Positions 1-9,532 of a stretch of 64,000 nucleotides of DNA are shown piece after piece. The notes under the pieces are model-generated. The model saw only the letters and a program-made list of their open reading frames with translations, searched no databases and had not been told where the DNA came from. The stretch's first letter is position 1. Every line of letters begins with the position of its first letter. Origin of the DNA: an uncultured Actinomycetota bacterium (GTDB taxonomy: Bacteria; Actinomycetota; Actinomycetes; JAFAQI01); the NCBI GenBank assembly GCA_963770565.1, contig CAVYQE010000011.1, positions 96,001-160,000 of the forward strand, in the 5' to 3' direction. The position numbers and the translations under genes were made by a program.

Positions 1-2
1 TG

Positions 3-287
3 GCGGTCCTGTCGGGCGGCAACAACCCGGTGCTCGCGCACCTGTTCCTGAACTACTTCCTCAACACCGACAACGCCCTGGAGAACATCAGCTACAACGG
101 CTACATGCAGCCTCTGCAAGGAGTCACTCCGCAGCGGCTGATCAAGGAGAAGATCCTTCCGCCCAACCTGACCTCGACCGTGGTGCTGGAGTCCTACTTC
201 TCCAAGGGCTACCACGAGCTCGAGCTGCCGGCGACGACGAACGGGGTCTGGCAGCAGGACTGGCTCGACGTCACCCGCGGGGTCTAG
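3..287 (+). CDS. Polyamine-type ABC transporter substrate-binding protein, C-terminal part (5' end outside window)
   Basis: NPVLAHLFLNYFL motif typical of the PotD/PotF C-terminus; stop overlaps the start of a PotB-like permease. Confidence 0.75.
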   Translation, partial: AVLSGGNNPVLAHLFLNYFLNTDNALENISYNGYMQPLQGVTPQRLIKEKILPPNLTSTVVLESYFSKGYHELELPATTNGVWQQDWLDVTRGV

Positions 288-1210
288 TGCCTCGCCTGTC
301 TCGTGCGGATCGGCCGAAGGCGCCGCGCCGGATCCTGTGGGCCGGGCTGTCCACGCCGGCGATGGCGTGGCTGGTGGTGCTGTTCATCGTGCCGTTCTAC
401 GTCGCGCTGGCGGTCGCGGGCGGGTCGATCAACGAGATCATCGGCACCCCGCAACCGGCCTGGAACCCGTTGCACTGGAGCGGGGCGGCGTACCGCGCGG
501 TCTTCCACGAGTTCACCGGCACCGGCGCGTTCCTCGGCCCGGAGGTCTTGCGCACCCTCGAGTACGTCGCGATCGCCGCGATCCTGTCGTTGCTGATCGG
601 CTACCCGGCTGCCTACTTCGTGAGCCGGTTCGCGGGCAAGAAGAAGGGCCTGCTGCTCGGCTTGCTGCTTGCGCCGTTCTGGGTCAGCTACATGATGCGG
701 ATGCTGGCGTGGATCGACCTGCTGCAGACCGATGGCTACGTCAACCGGATCCTGGTCGACCTGCACCTGGTGTCGCATCCCGTGGTGTGGCTGGGCGGCA
801 AGGGGACAACGGTCATCCTCGGGTTGGTCTATGGCTACATCCCGTATCTCATCCTGGTGCTCTTCGCGGGTCTCGACCGGATCGATCCGCATCTGATCGA
901 GGCGGGCCGCGATCTCGGTCTGAGCCGGTTGCGGACCTTCACCAAGGTGACGCTGCCGCTGAGCCGGCAGGCGATCCTGACCGGGTTGCTGGTCACGGTG
1001 CTGCCGATGATCGGTGACTACTTCACCAACCAGATGCTCTCCGGCGCGACGAACACCGCGATGATCGGCAACACGATCGAGCAGCAGCTGTCGTCCACCC
1101 AGCTGCAGACCCAGGGCGCCTCGCTGTCACTGATGATGCTCGGCGTGCTCGTGATTCCGATGCTCTACTACGTCATCGCGACCAACCGCGCCTCGCAGGC
1201 GAACGCATGA
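287..1210 (+). CDS. potB: Spermidine/putrescine-type ABC transporter permease (PotB-like)
   Basis: Multi-TM; PFWVSYMMR, YGYIPY and EAA loop LIEAGRDLG. Confidence 0.85.
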   Translation: MPRLSRADRPKAPRRILWAGLSTPAMAWLVVLFIVPFYVALAVAGGSINEIIGTPQPAWNPLHWSGAAYRAVFHEFTGTGAFLGPEVLRTLEYVAIAAILSLLIGYPAAYFVSRFAGKKKGLLLGLLLAPFWVSYMMRMLAWIDLLQTDGYVNRILVDLHLVSHPVVWLGGKGTTVILGLVYGYIPYLILVLFAGLDRIDPHLIEAGRDLGLSRLRTFTKVTLPLSRQAILTGLLVTVLPMIGDYFTNQMLSGATNTAMIGNTIEQQLSSTQLQTQGASLSLMMLGVLVIPMLYYVIATNRASQANA

Positions 1211-2148
1211 GCGAGCTGACGGCGAGCCCGGCCGCGCCCGCCGCGCGGGCTGTGAAGACCGTGCCCGCGCCCAAGCCGCGCAAGTTCATCGGCAACCCGT
1301 GGCGGCGGCCGGTGTTCCTCGAGGGCTTCATCTGGTTGTACATCGCGTGGTCACTGTTGCCGATCGGGCTGGCCGTTCTGTTCTCGTTCAACAACGGCAA
1401 GTCGCAGAGCGTGTGGCAGGGCTTCTCGATGCGGTGGTACACCTCCGACCCGCTCAACTCCGTGCTGCACGACCCGATCCTGCACGCTGCGGTCGCGCAG
1501 ACCTTGAAGCTTTCGCTCTACACCACTGTCATCGCCGTACCGCTCGGAGTTGCGTTCGCGATCGGTATCGATCGCTGGCGCACCCGCCCGGCGTCGGCGG
1601 CGAACTTCGTCATGGTGTTCTCATTCGTCATCCCGGAGCTGATCTTCGGCGTCGCGTTGTTCTTTGTTTTCAATACGTTGTTCACCTCGGTCCACCTCGG
1701 CACGCTCGCCGAGACGCTTGGTCTGGTGACCTGGAACCTGAGCTGGCCAGCGATCATCGTGCGCGCCCGGCTGGTGTCGATCGGGCGGCAGTACGAGGAA
1801 GCGGCGGCCGATCTCGGCGCCTCGAAGCTCGAGGCGGTCCGCCGGGTCTTGCTGCCGATGCTTGCGCCGGCGATCTTTGCCTCTGCGGTCCTGGTCTTCT
1901 CCGGGGTCATCGACGACTTCGTGCTGGTCGACCTGCTGTCGTCGTCGGCGGCGACTCAGCCGATGTCGGTCATCATCTACGGGCAGACCCACGGCGGCAA
2001 CGGTGGTCCGGCGCTGAATGCGCTGGCCACCCTGATGCTGGTGTTCTCGTTCGTCGTGGCGGTGCTGGGTTACATCGGCTATCGCTGGATGACCCGCGGC
2101 GAGCGGGCGTCGTCGGATGAGTCGCTGGCCAACTTCGCCGGGATCTAG
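1207..2148 (+). CDS. potC: Spermidine/putrescine-type ABC transporter permease (PotC-like)
   Basis: VLFSFN, GFSMRWY, EAA loop YEEAAADLGAS; ATGA overlap with upstream permease. Confidence 0.85.
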   Translation: MSELTASPAAPAARAVKTVPAPKPRKFIGNPWRRPVFLEGFIWLYIAWSLLPIGLAVLFSFNNGKSQSVWQGFSMRWYTSDPLNSVLHDPILHAAVAQTLKLSLYTTVIAVPLGVAFAIGIDRWRTRPASAANFVMVFSFVIPELIFGVALFFVFNTLFTSVHLGTLAETLGLVTWNLSWPAIIVRARLVSIGRQYEEAAADLGASKLEAVRRVLLPMLAPAIFASAVLVFSGVIDDFVLVDLLSSSAATQPMSVIIYGQTHGGNGGPALNALATLMLVFSFVVAVLGYIGYRWMTRGERASSDESLANFAGI

Positions 2149-2152
2149 GGAC

Positions 2153-3256
2153 TTACTCCCGCTCGGCCGAGTGCCGCGCAAACGCCGGGTCCTCCGGAAG
2201 GACCCGCAACGACTGAGCCGGCAGATGCACGTTGACCGGAGTGCCCTGGGTCAACGCAACTGCCGCCTGCTCGCCGGTGAGCTGGGCCTGCAAGGACGGG
2301 CCGGCGGCGAGGCGGACGTAGACCTGGGTCGACGATCCGAGGAATACGCTGCGCTCGACCATGGCCGGCGCCCGGTTGTCACCCGGGCTGCCGTGCGGCT
2401 CCAGCGTGACGTTCTCGGGGCGGATGGACAGCATCGCCGGACCGCGTGGCTGTGAGCCGTTCGACTCGACCGACAGCACCGATTCGCCGAGCTTCACCAG
2501 GCATTTCGGGCCGGCCTCGACGACGTCGACGCTCATCAGGTTGGACACACCGAGGAAGTCGGCGACGTAGGTCGACGCCGGCGCTTCGTACACCTCGCGC
2601 GGCGAGCCGACCTGGGCCAGCTTGCCGTCGCACATCACGGCCAGCCGGTCGGACATCGTCAGCGCTTCCTCCTGGTCGTGCGTCACGTAGAGGAAGGTGA
2701 TGCCGACCCGCTCCTGCAGTGCCTTGAGCTCGACCTTCAACGCGCGGCGGAGCTTCGCGTCGAGCGCGCCGAGCGGTTCGTCGAGCAAGAGCACCGCCGG
2801 GTTCAGCACCAAGGCGCGGGCGAGAGCCACCCGCTGCTGCTGCCCGCCGGAGATCTCGCTGGGGCGCCGCTTGGCGTACTGCCCCATCTCGACCAGGTCG
2901 AGCGCGGCGCCGACCTGGCGGGTCATGTCGGTCTTGGAGACCTTGCGGTAGCGAAGCCCGAACGCGACGTTGTCGTAGACGCTGAGGAACGGGAACAGCG
3001 CGTAGTTCTGGAAGACGGTGTTGACGTTGCGCTTGTCGGGCGGCACCCGGGAGACGTCGGAACCGTCGAGCAGGATCTGCCCGCTGGTGGGTTGCTCGAA
3101 GCCGGCGATCATCCGCAGCGTGGTGGTCTTGCCACAGCCAGAAGGGCCGAGCAGCGAGAAGAACTCGCCGCTGTCGATGTTCAGGTCGATCGCGTCGACC
3201 GCGGTCTCGGTGAACCGCTTGGTGAGACCGATCAGGTCGATCTGGCCGCCAGGCAC
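2153..3256 (-). CDS. potA: Polyamine ABC transporter ATP-binding protein (PotA-like, C-terminal TOBE)
   Basis: Walker A GPSGCGKTT, VFQNYALFP, ISGGQQQR, LLDEPL, VTHDQEEA; GTG start after AGGAG RBS. Confidence 0.9.
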   Translation of the reverse strand: MPGGQIDLIGLTKRFTETAVDAIDLNIDSGEFFSLLGPSGCGKTTTLRMIAGFEQPTSGQILLDGSDVSRVPPDKRNVNTVFQNYALFPFLSVYDNVAFGLRYRKVSKTDMTRQVGAALDLVEMGQYAKRRPSEISGGQQQRVALARALVLNPAVLLLDEPLGALDAKLRRALKVELKALQERVGITFLYVTHDQEEALTMSDRLAVMCDGKLAQVGSPREVYEAPASTYVADFLGVSNLMSVDVVEAGPKCLVKLGESVLSVESNGSQPRGPAMLSIRPENVTLEPHGSPGDNRAPAMVERSVFLGSSTQVYVRLAAGPSLQAQLTGEQAAVALTQGTPVNVHLPAQSLRVLPEDPAFARHSAERE

Positions 3257-3272
3257 TCGATATAGCTCCTTG

Positions 3273-3974
3273 CTATGACGGGCGCGGGGACCGCGGGGCC
3301 TGGCCCACTCGCTGCCGCCGCCCGCGTGGCTTGGGCGACCAGCTGAAACCGAGTTGGCCGGCGGCGAACTCCATGCTGAGTCGGAAGGTCCTCTCGTTGT
3401 CGACGACCGGGTCACACAGTGCAATCTGGATGGCGAATCCGTCAAGGAGTGCGGACATCAGGATCGAGAAGGCGTCCGCGTCGATCGCGGCGAACTCTCC
3501 CGATGCCTGCCCTTCGGTGACGAGGTCGATGATGGTCTTGCGCCAGTGCTCGTCGAACTCCCGGCGGACCGCGGCCACCTCGGGATGCCGCGCGGCCTGC
3601 GCCCACAGGTCGAGCCAGAGCGTCCACGACACCGGGTCGCCCTCTTCTTCGGGCATGCAGGTCATCGCGACCAGCTCCTCGAGCCGGCCCGCGGCGGTGG
3701 GGATGCTCGCGATCCGGGCGATGCCCTCGGCGTACCAGCGGTCCTCGGAGAGCCGGATCGCCTCAGTCAGCAGCTGATCGCGGGTCTTGAAGTAGTAGAT
3801 GACGAGCGCCGGGCTGGTGCCGGCCCGCGCCGCGACGTCGGCGATCCGGGTCTCCGGGAAGCCGCGTTCGCCGATGACGGTCAGGGCGGCCTCGAGCAGC
3901 TGCTCGCGACGGCCGTCAGGCGGGCTCGCGGCGCTCGGGTCGCCGGCTTCGGGGGCAAGCGCGCTCATCTGCAC
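3273..3974 (-). CDS. TetR-family transcriptional regulator, BetI-type C-terminus
   Basis: HTH RIADVAARAGTSPALVIYYFKTRDQLL; WLDLWAQAARHPEV. Confidence 0.9.
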   Translation of the reverse strand: MQMSALAPEAGDPSAASPPDGRREQLLEAALTVIGERGFPETRIADVAARAGTSPALVIYYFKTRDQLLTEAIRLSEDRWYAEGIARIASIPTAAGRLEELVAMTCMPEEEGDPVSWTLWLDLWAQAARHPEVAAVRREFDEHWRKTIIDLVTEGQASGEFAAIDADAFSILMSALLDGFAIQIALCDPVVDNERTFRLSMEFAAGQLGFSWSPKPRGRRQRVGQAPRSPRPS

Positions 3975-4071
3975 GACCTTAGGATGAATCCTCGCTGGAC
4001 GGCAGTGGTCGGATCGTCAATAGCGTCCGATCTCCTGCACCAGATCCCTTGTCGCGGACCTTATCAGTTCC

Positions 4072-4091
4072 TAGACTGAACATTCAGTCAA
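4072..4091. promoter_or_regulatory. Palindromic operator TAGACTGAACATTCAGTCAA (probable TetR site 1)
   Basis: GACTGAA-CA-TTCAGTC dyad in the divergent gap next to the TetR gene; 19/20 identical copy at 9494. Confidence 0.8.
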
Positions 4092-4143
4092 ACCGTGAGA
4101 TCCTGTCAGCACGCGGAACCGGTCGAACTCAGCGGAGACCCAG

Positions 4144-5799
4144 ATGACCAGCAGCAGTTACGACGCGATCGTCGTCGGTGGCGGACACAACGGCCTGGTG
4201 GCCGCGGCGTATCTCGCCCGCAACGGCGCCAACACGGTGGTGTTGGAGTCCCGGCACAAGACCGGTGGCGCGGCGACCACGGAGTCGCCGTGGCCCGACG
4301 CGCCGGAGTTCAAGGTCACCCGGCTCTCCTACGTCATGAGCCTGCTGCCGCCGACGATCATGCGCGAGCTTCAGCTCGAACGCCACGGCTACAAGGTCCA
4401 CCCGATGGGCCCGTACTACCAGGCCTTCGCCGACGGCGGCTCGATCAAGATCCTTGCCGACGACGCGAAGCGCAACCACGAGGAGATCTCCAAGTGGTCC
4501 AAGAAGGACGCCGACGCGATGGTCAAGTGGGACGCCTGGATGGGCGGCCTCGCCGACGTCCTCGGCCCGCTTCTGCTCACCGTCCCGCCGAAGCTTGGCT
4601 CGAAGCGCCCGGCCGACCTGGTCGACACCCTGCGGCTGGCCTGGCGGCACCGCGGCGTCGACGTCCGCACGATCGGTGACGTCACCAGGCTGATGGGCAT
4701 GAGCATCGCCGACCTGCTCGACGACTGGTTCGAGTCGCCGCAGGTGAAGGGCGCGATGGCGGTCAACGGCGTCATCGGCACCTGGGCCGGCCCGTGTGAG
4801 CCGGGTACGGCGTACGTCATGGCGCACCACTCGATCGGTGACATCGGCGACGGCCACCTCGGTAACTGGGGCTTCCCGGAGGGCGGGATGGGCGGGGTCG
4901 CCACTGCGATCGAGAACTCCGCCCGCAGCTTCGGGGCGGAGATCCGGCTCAACGCACCGGTATCGCGCCTGCTGGTCGAGAACGGCCGCGTCCAAGGTGC
5001 GGTGCTGGCCAACGGCGACGAGCTGCGCGCCCCCGTGGTCGTGTCGAGCCTGCACCCGCGCACGGCCTTCCTCGACCACGTCGGCCGGGCCAACCTGCCG
5101 TCGGACTTCGTCCGCGACATCGAGACCTGGAAGACCCGTAGCGGGGTCGTGAAGATCAACCTGGCGCTCGCCGAGCTGCCGGACTTCATCGCCGACCCCG
5201 GCACCAGCCTGCAGGAGCATCACACCGGATCGGTGGAGATGGCGCCCTCGGTCGAGTACATGGAGCAGGCCTTCCAGGACGCCCGCAACGGCAAGGCCGC
5301 GGTCCGGCCGTTCAGCGACGGCGTGATCCCGTCGACCTTCGACCGCTCGCTGTGCCCGGAGGGCACGCACATCATGTCTCTGTTCACCCAGTGGGTGCCC
5401 GAGACGTGGAGCGAGGAGCCGCATGCCGAGGAGATCGAGGCGTACGCCGACCGGATGATCGACTGCTACAACGAGCTTGCCCCGAACTTCAAGAGCTCGA
5501 TCCTGCATCGCGACGTGGTCAGCCCGTACGAGATGGAGCAGGAGTACGGCCTGGTCGGCGGCAACATCTTCCACGGCGAGCTCTCGATCGAGCAGCTGTT
5601 CCACATGCGCCCGGCCCCGGGCTACGCCGACTACCGCACGCCGGTCAAGGGCCTGTACAACGCCAGCTCGGCCACCCACGCCGGTGGCGGCGTGTGCGGC
5701 ATCCCCGGCTGGCAGGCGGCCAAGGCCGCGATCCGGGACGCCAAGGTGGCGGCCGGCCGGCAGCGGCTGTCCGGTTTGCTGCCGTCCAAGCGGGGGTGA
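4144..5799 (+). CDS. FAD-dependent oxidoreductase, phytoene-dehydrogenase-like (PYROXD2-like)
   Basis: GGGHNGLVAAAYLA Rossmann motif, GGMG, GGNIFHG, THAGGGV. Confidence 0.85.
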   Translation: MTSSSYDAIVVGGGHNGLVAAAYLARNGANTVVLESRHKTGGAATTESPWPDAPEFKVTRLSYVMSLLPPTIMRELQLERHGYKVHPMGPYYQAFADGGSIKILADDAKRNHEEISKWSKKDADAMVKWDAWMGGLADVLGPLLLTVPPKLGSKRPADLVDTLRLAWRHRGVDVRTIGDVTRLMGMSIADLLDDWFESPQVKGAMAVNGVIGTWAGPCEPGTAYVMAHHSIGDIGDGHLGNWGFPEGGMGGVATAIENSARSFGAEIRLNAPVSRLLVENGRVQGAVLANGDELRAPVVVSSLHPRTAFLDHVGRANLPSDFVRDIETWKTRSGVVKINLALAELPDFIADPGTSLQEHHTGSVEMAPSVEYMEQAFQDARNGKAAVRPFSDGVIPSTFDRSLCPEGTHIMSLFTQWVPETWSEEPHAEEIEAYADRMIDCYNELAPNFKSSILHRDVVSPYEMEQEYGLVGGNIFHGELSIEQLFHMRPAPGYADYRTPVKGLYNASSATHAGGGVCGIPGWQAAKAAIRDAKVAAGRQRLSGLLPSKRG

Positions 5800-7907
5800 G
5801 CGCGCCCGCGCGCGAGTCCGGCCCGCTGACCTGTCTCCTGGAGCCCCGCAGCATCGCCGTCGTCGGCGCGAGTCCGCGGCCGGGCAGCTTCGGCGAGCGG
5901 ATGGTGACCGAGGTTCTGCGCAGCTCCGCCGAGGTCAGCGTCCACCTGGTCAACCCGCGGTACGCCGATCTGGCCGGCCGCCGTTGCTATCCCTCGCTCG
6001 CCGAGATCGGCGACGCGATCGACCTGGTCCTGCTCGGCGTCGGTGACCCGGCGCTCGAGACCGAACTGGAGCTCGCGGCCAAGCGCGGGGACCGCGCGGC
6101 GGTGATCTTCGGCAATGCCTACGAGGCACCGGCCGAGGGCGTCGTTCCGCTGCGGACCCGGCTCGCGACCATCGCCCGCGAGGCCTCGATGCAGGTGTGC
6201 GGCGGCGGCTGCATGGGCTTCGTCAACGTCGCCAAGGGAATCCGCGCGATCGGCTACCTCGAGCCCGACCCGATCCCGGTCGGGCCGGTGGCAATGGTCA
6301 CCCACTCGGGATCGGTCTTCTCGGCGGTCCTGCGGGCGCGTCGCGGCCTGGGCTTCAGCCTCGCGGTGTCCTCCGGCCAGGAGCTGGTGACGACGACCGC
6401 GGCTTACCTCGACTACGCCCTCGGGCTGCCGCAGACCGCGGTGGTTGCACTGGTATTGGAGGCGATGCGGGACACCGCCGCACTGCGCGCGTCACTGACC
6501 GCCGCGGCCGAGCGCGACATCCCGATCGTCGTCCTGCCGGTCGGCACCAGCGAACGGGGCGCCTCGATGGTCGCGGCGCACTCTGGCGCGGTCGCCGGCG
6601 GCACCGCCGCCTGGGAGGCGCTCGCCGACGCCCACGGCCTGCACCTGGTGTCCGACCTCGGCGAACTGCTCGACACCACCGAGCTGTTCGCGGCCGGCCG
6701 AAGGGCCCGGTCAAGGACGGCTGGTGGCGGCCTGGCCGCCGTACTGGACTCCGGCGCGGAGCGGGCCCTGATCGTCGACGTGGCAGCCGCGACCGAGGTG
6801 CCGTTCGCCGAGATCTCGGCGGAGACGACAGCGCGGATCGCGCAGCGGCTCGACCCCGGCCTGATCGCGACCAACCCGCTGGACGTCTGGGGCAACGGCG
6901 CCGACACCGAGGGCTTGTTCGGGGACGTGCTGATCGACCTGGCCGGCGACCCGGCGGTCCAGGCGGTCGCTCTCGCGGTCGACCTGGTCGAGGAGCTCGA
7001 CGGAGACGACTCCTACCGGGACGCGGTGCGCCGCTGCGCCACGGCGACCGATCTGCCGGTCGTCGTCCTGAGCCACCTGCCTTCGGCGCTCGACCTCGGC
7101 GCGGCGGCAAGGCTCCGCGGGTCCGGCGTACCGGTGCTCGAGGGCACCCGGAGCGGGCTGCTCGCACTCGGTCACCTGCTCCGGCATGCCGACCGGGCGC
7201 CCTCGACGCCGGCGCCTGCCGTCGACCCCGCGCGCCGGGACCGCTGGCGGGAGCGGCTGGCCGCCGGACCGTTGCCCGCGGCGGAGGGCTTCGCGTTGCT
7301 GGCCGACTACGGGATCGAGGTCGCGGAGGCCCGCCCGGCCGACCACGAGGGCGCGCTGCTCGCCGCCGCGGCGGAGCTCGGTTACCCGGTCGTGCTCAAG
7401 ACCGACGAGGACATCGCGCACAAGACCGACGTCGGCGGGGTAGTGGTCGGGATCGGTGACGACCAAGAGCTGGTGGAGACCTACCGCGACCTGGCCGGCC
7501 GGCTCGGGCCACGGGTGATCGTCTGCCGCCAGGTCCCGCCGGGCGTCGAGCTGCTGGTGGGTGCGGTCCGCGACCCGAACCTCGGGCTGCTGCTCGTGGT
7601 CGGGCCGGGCGGGGTGCTGGTGGAGTACGTCGCCGAGCGGGCGGCGGCATTGCCACCGGTCGGGCCGGCGCATGCGCGGACCCTGCTCGGCCGGACCATG
7701 GTCGAGCGCCTGCTGCTCGAGCCCCGGCACGGTGCGGCCGCCGACCTCGACGCAGGTGCCGGCGCGATCGCCGGGCTGTCCCAGTTGGTGACCGAGCTCG
7801 GCGACTCACTCGACGCGATCGAGATCAACCCGCTGGTGTGCAGCGTGGCCGGCGCGGTCGCGGTCGACGTACACCTCGAAGCAAGGCCGGGCGAGCAGCC
7901 GGGCTAG
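5796..7907 (+). CDS. Acetate/acyl-CoA ligase (NDP-forming) family: CoA-binding plus ATP-grasp domains
   Basis: PRSIAVVGAS, HSGS, AHSGA (phospho-His), NPLD, HKTDVGGV, EINPL; GTGA overlap start. Confidence 0.85.
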   Translation: MSAPARESGPLTCLLEPRSIAVVGASPRPGSFGERMVTEVLRSSAEVSVHLVNPRYADLAGRRCYPSLAEIGDAIDLVLLGVGDPALETELELAAKRGDRAAVIFGNAYEAPAEGVVPLRTRLATIAREASMQVCGGGCMGFVNVAKGIRAIGYLEPDPIPVGPVAMVTHSGSVFSAVLRARRGLGFSLAVSSGQELVTTTAAYLDYALGLPQTAVVALVLEAMRDTAALRASLTAAAERDIPIVVLPVGTSERGASMVAAHSGAVAGGTAAWEALADAHGLHLVSDLGELLDTTELFAAGRRARSRTAGGGLAAVLDSGAERALIVDVAAATEVPFAEISAETTARIAQRLDPGLIATNPLDVWGNGADTEGLFGDVLIDLAGDPAVQAVALAVDLVEELDGDDSYRDAVRRCATATDLPVVVLSHLPSALDLGAAARLRGSGVPVLEGTRSGLLALGHLLRHADRAPSTPAPAVDPARRDRWRERLAAGPLPAAEGFALLADYGIEVAEARPADHEGALLAAAAELGYPVVLKTDEDIAHKTDVGGVVVGIGDDQELVETYRDLAGRLGPRVIVCRQVPPGVELLVGAVRDPNLGLLLVVGPGGVLVEYVAERAAALPPVGPAHARTLLGRTMVERLLLEPRHGAAADLDAGAGAIAGLSQLVTELGDSLDAIEINPLVCSVAGAVAVDVHLEARPGEQPG

Positions 7908-8266
7908 AAGATGACGTACAGCTTGCGCAGCGTCTCGTGGATCTGCCACGTGCCGGCCCAGCCGCGCGGGAACACCACCGCGTCGCCGGCGCCGACCTCG
8001 AGCGGCTCGCTGCCCTCGCGGGTCACGGTCATCCGGCCGGAGATGATGTAGATCTCCTCGTGCGTCTCGAGCGTCCAGTACGACGGGCCCGGCGTGCACT
8101 CCCAGATCCCGACCTCGGCGTCGCCGTCCTTCCACAGCGTCAGGCCGGCGGTGGTCATCGGGGTGTTGTCCGGATCGGAGGCCTCCTCGAGCGGGCCCCA
8201 GTCCTCGAGCTCGCTGCCGGCCGCGATGGCGTGCAGGTGGGGAGTGCCGGTGTCGACGTGGGTCAT
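7904..8266 (-). CDS. Cupin (DUF861/EutQ-like)
   Basis: GIWECTPG...EEIYIISG...GDAVVFPRGWAGTW...LRKLYV. Confidence 0.85.
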   Translation of the reverse strand: MTHVDTGTPHLHAIAAGSELEDWGPLEEASDPDNTPMTTAGLTLWKDGDAEVGIWECTPGPSYWTLETHEEIYIISGRMTVTREGSEPLEVGAGDAVVFPRGWAGTWQIHETLRKLYVIF

Positions 8267-9471
8267 GTGGAGGAGGTCCTTTCCGGGAACGGCAGTGCGA
8301 TCGGGTCGGCGGGTAGCTTGCTGCGGCCCTCGGCGTCGAATCGGTCGAGGCCGAGGTCGGTGCAGTCGGTGACGGACGTGGTGCCGGTCAGGGCCAGGTC
8401 GGCGGCGGCCCGGGCCACGCCCGGCCCCCACATCATGCCGTGACCGCCCGGAGCGGCGACGGTCACGCCCTCGATCGGGCCGTCGGCGGTGATGCCCGGG
8501 CCGAGGATCGGCAGGTGATCGGGGGTGAAGTCGATGGTCGCCGCCCAGGCGCGGCGAAGCGCGAGCTTCTCGGTCACCGGGACCAGCTCAGCGAGCCGCG
8601 CCCGCATCCGGTCCAGATAGGGCAGGTCGATCTCGGTGGCCTTGCCCTCGGGCTCGTCGGGATTGCTCATCCCGAACAACAGGCCGCGTTCCTCTGCGCG
8701 CCAGTACAGCCCGGCGACGAGGTCGAAGACCATCGGCAGCCGGCTCGGCTCGAAATCGGGGTGCGGCTCGGTGACCGCGACCTGATGGCGGACGCCGCCG
8801 ACCGGGATCCGGATGCCCGCGAGCGCACCGACCGCACGCAGCTTCGGCCCGCCGGTGAGCACGACACGCTCGGTGGCGATCGGGCCGGCCGAGGTCTCGA
8901 TGCCCGTGACCTTGCCGGCCTGGGTCGCCAGCCCGGTGAAGGCGGTGTGCTCGCGTACCTCGACCCCGGCCTGCGCCATGGCGACCGCGTAGGCGAGCAC
9001 GTTGCGTGGCGGGGTGATGTAGCCGTCGCCGTCGAAATAGGTGCCGCCGAGGGTCATCCCGGGCGCCATCGTGGGGTTGACCCGGTCCGCCTCGTCCGGG
9101 TCGAGCCACTTGACGTCGAGACCGGCCGCGCGCTGCATCTGCATCCGCGCCTCGGCGGCGATGAGGTCGTCGGGGGTGAAGCAGGGCAGGAAGTAGCCCT
9201 GCTGGGTGAAGCCGGAGTCGATCCCGATCTCGTCGTGCTGCGACCGGTAGAAGGTGCGCGACCATTCGGCCAGGTCGACCGCCCAGCGGGTGCCACCCTG
9301 GCTGCGGACGATGCCGGCGGCGCGGCTGCTTGCGCCCTGACCGAGCTGGTCCTTCTCGACCAGGACGACCCGGTCGAGCCCGCTGCGCTTGAGGAAATAG
9401 GCACACCAGGCACCGATTGTCCCGCCGCCGACAACGACGGCGTCGGCGGATTCGGGCAGGGTCGATGCCAT
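8263..9471 (-). CDS. FAD-dependent amine oxidase (sarcosine oxidase beta / DAO family)
   Basis: GGGTIG, GASSRAAG, FTPDHLPILG, GGHGMMWGP. Confidence 0.85.
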   Translation of the reverse strand: MASTLPESADAVVVGGGTIGAWCAYFLKRSGLDRVVLVEKDQLGQGASSRAAGIVRSQGGTRWAVDLAEWSRTFYRSQHDEIGIDSGFTQQGYFLPCFTPDDLIAAEARMQMQRAAGLDVKWLDPDEADRVNPTMAPGMTLGGTYFDGDGYITPPRNVLAYAVAMAQAGVEVREHTAFTGLATQAGKVTGIETSAGPIATERVVLTGGPKLRAVGALAGIRIPVGGVRHQVAVTEPHPDFEPSRLPMVFDLVAGLYWRAEERGLLFGMSNPDEPEGKATEIDLPYLDRMRARLAELVPVTEKLALRRAWAATIDFTPDHLPILGPGITADGPIEGVTVAAPGGHGMMWGPGVARAAADLALTGTTSVTDCTDLGLDRFDAEGRSKLPADPIALPFPERTSST

Positions 9472-9493
9472 TGGCACGGCGGGAACGCTCGCA

Positions 9494-9513
9494 TAGACTG
9501 AACAGTCAGTCAA
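9494..9513. promoter_or_regulatory. Palindromic operator TAGACTGAACAGTCAGTCAA (probable TetR site 2)
   Basis: One mismatch to site 1; lies in the 61-bp divergent gap between the oxidase and acyl-CoA dehydrogenase genes. Confidence 0.8.
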
Positions 9514-9532
9514 GGCCATGAGGGGACCTCGC

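Noticed and set aside
4144-5799. Carotenoid desaturase crtI
   Set aside because: The context is amine catabolism with no crt genes, and the motifs fit the PYROXD2-like subgroup.
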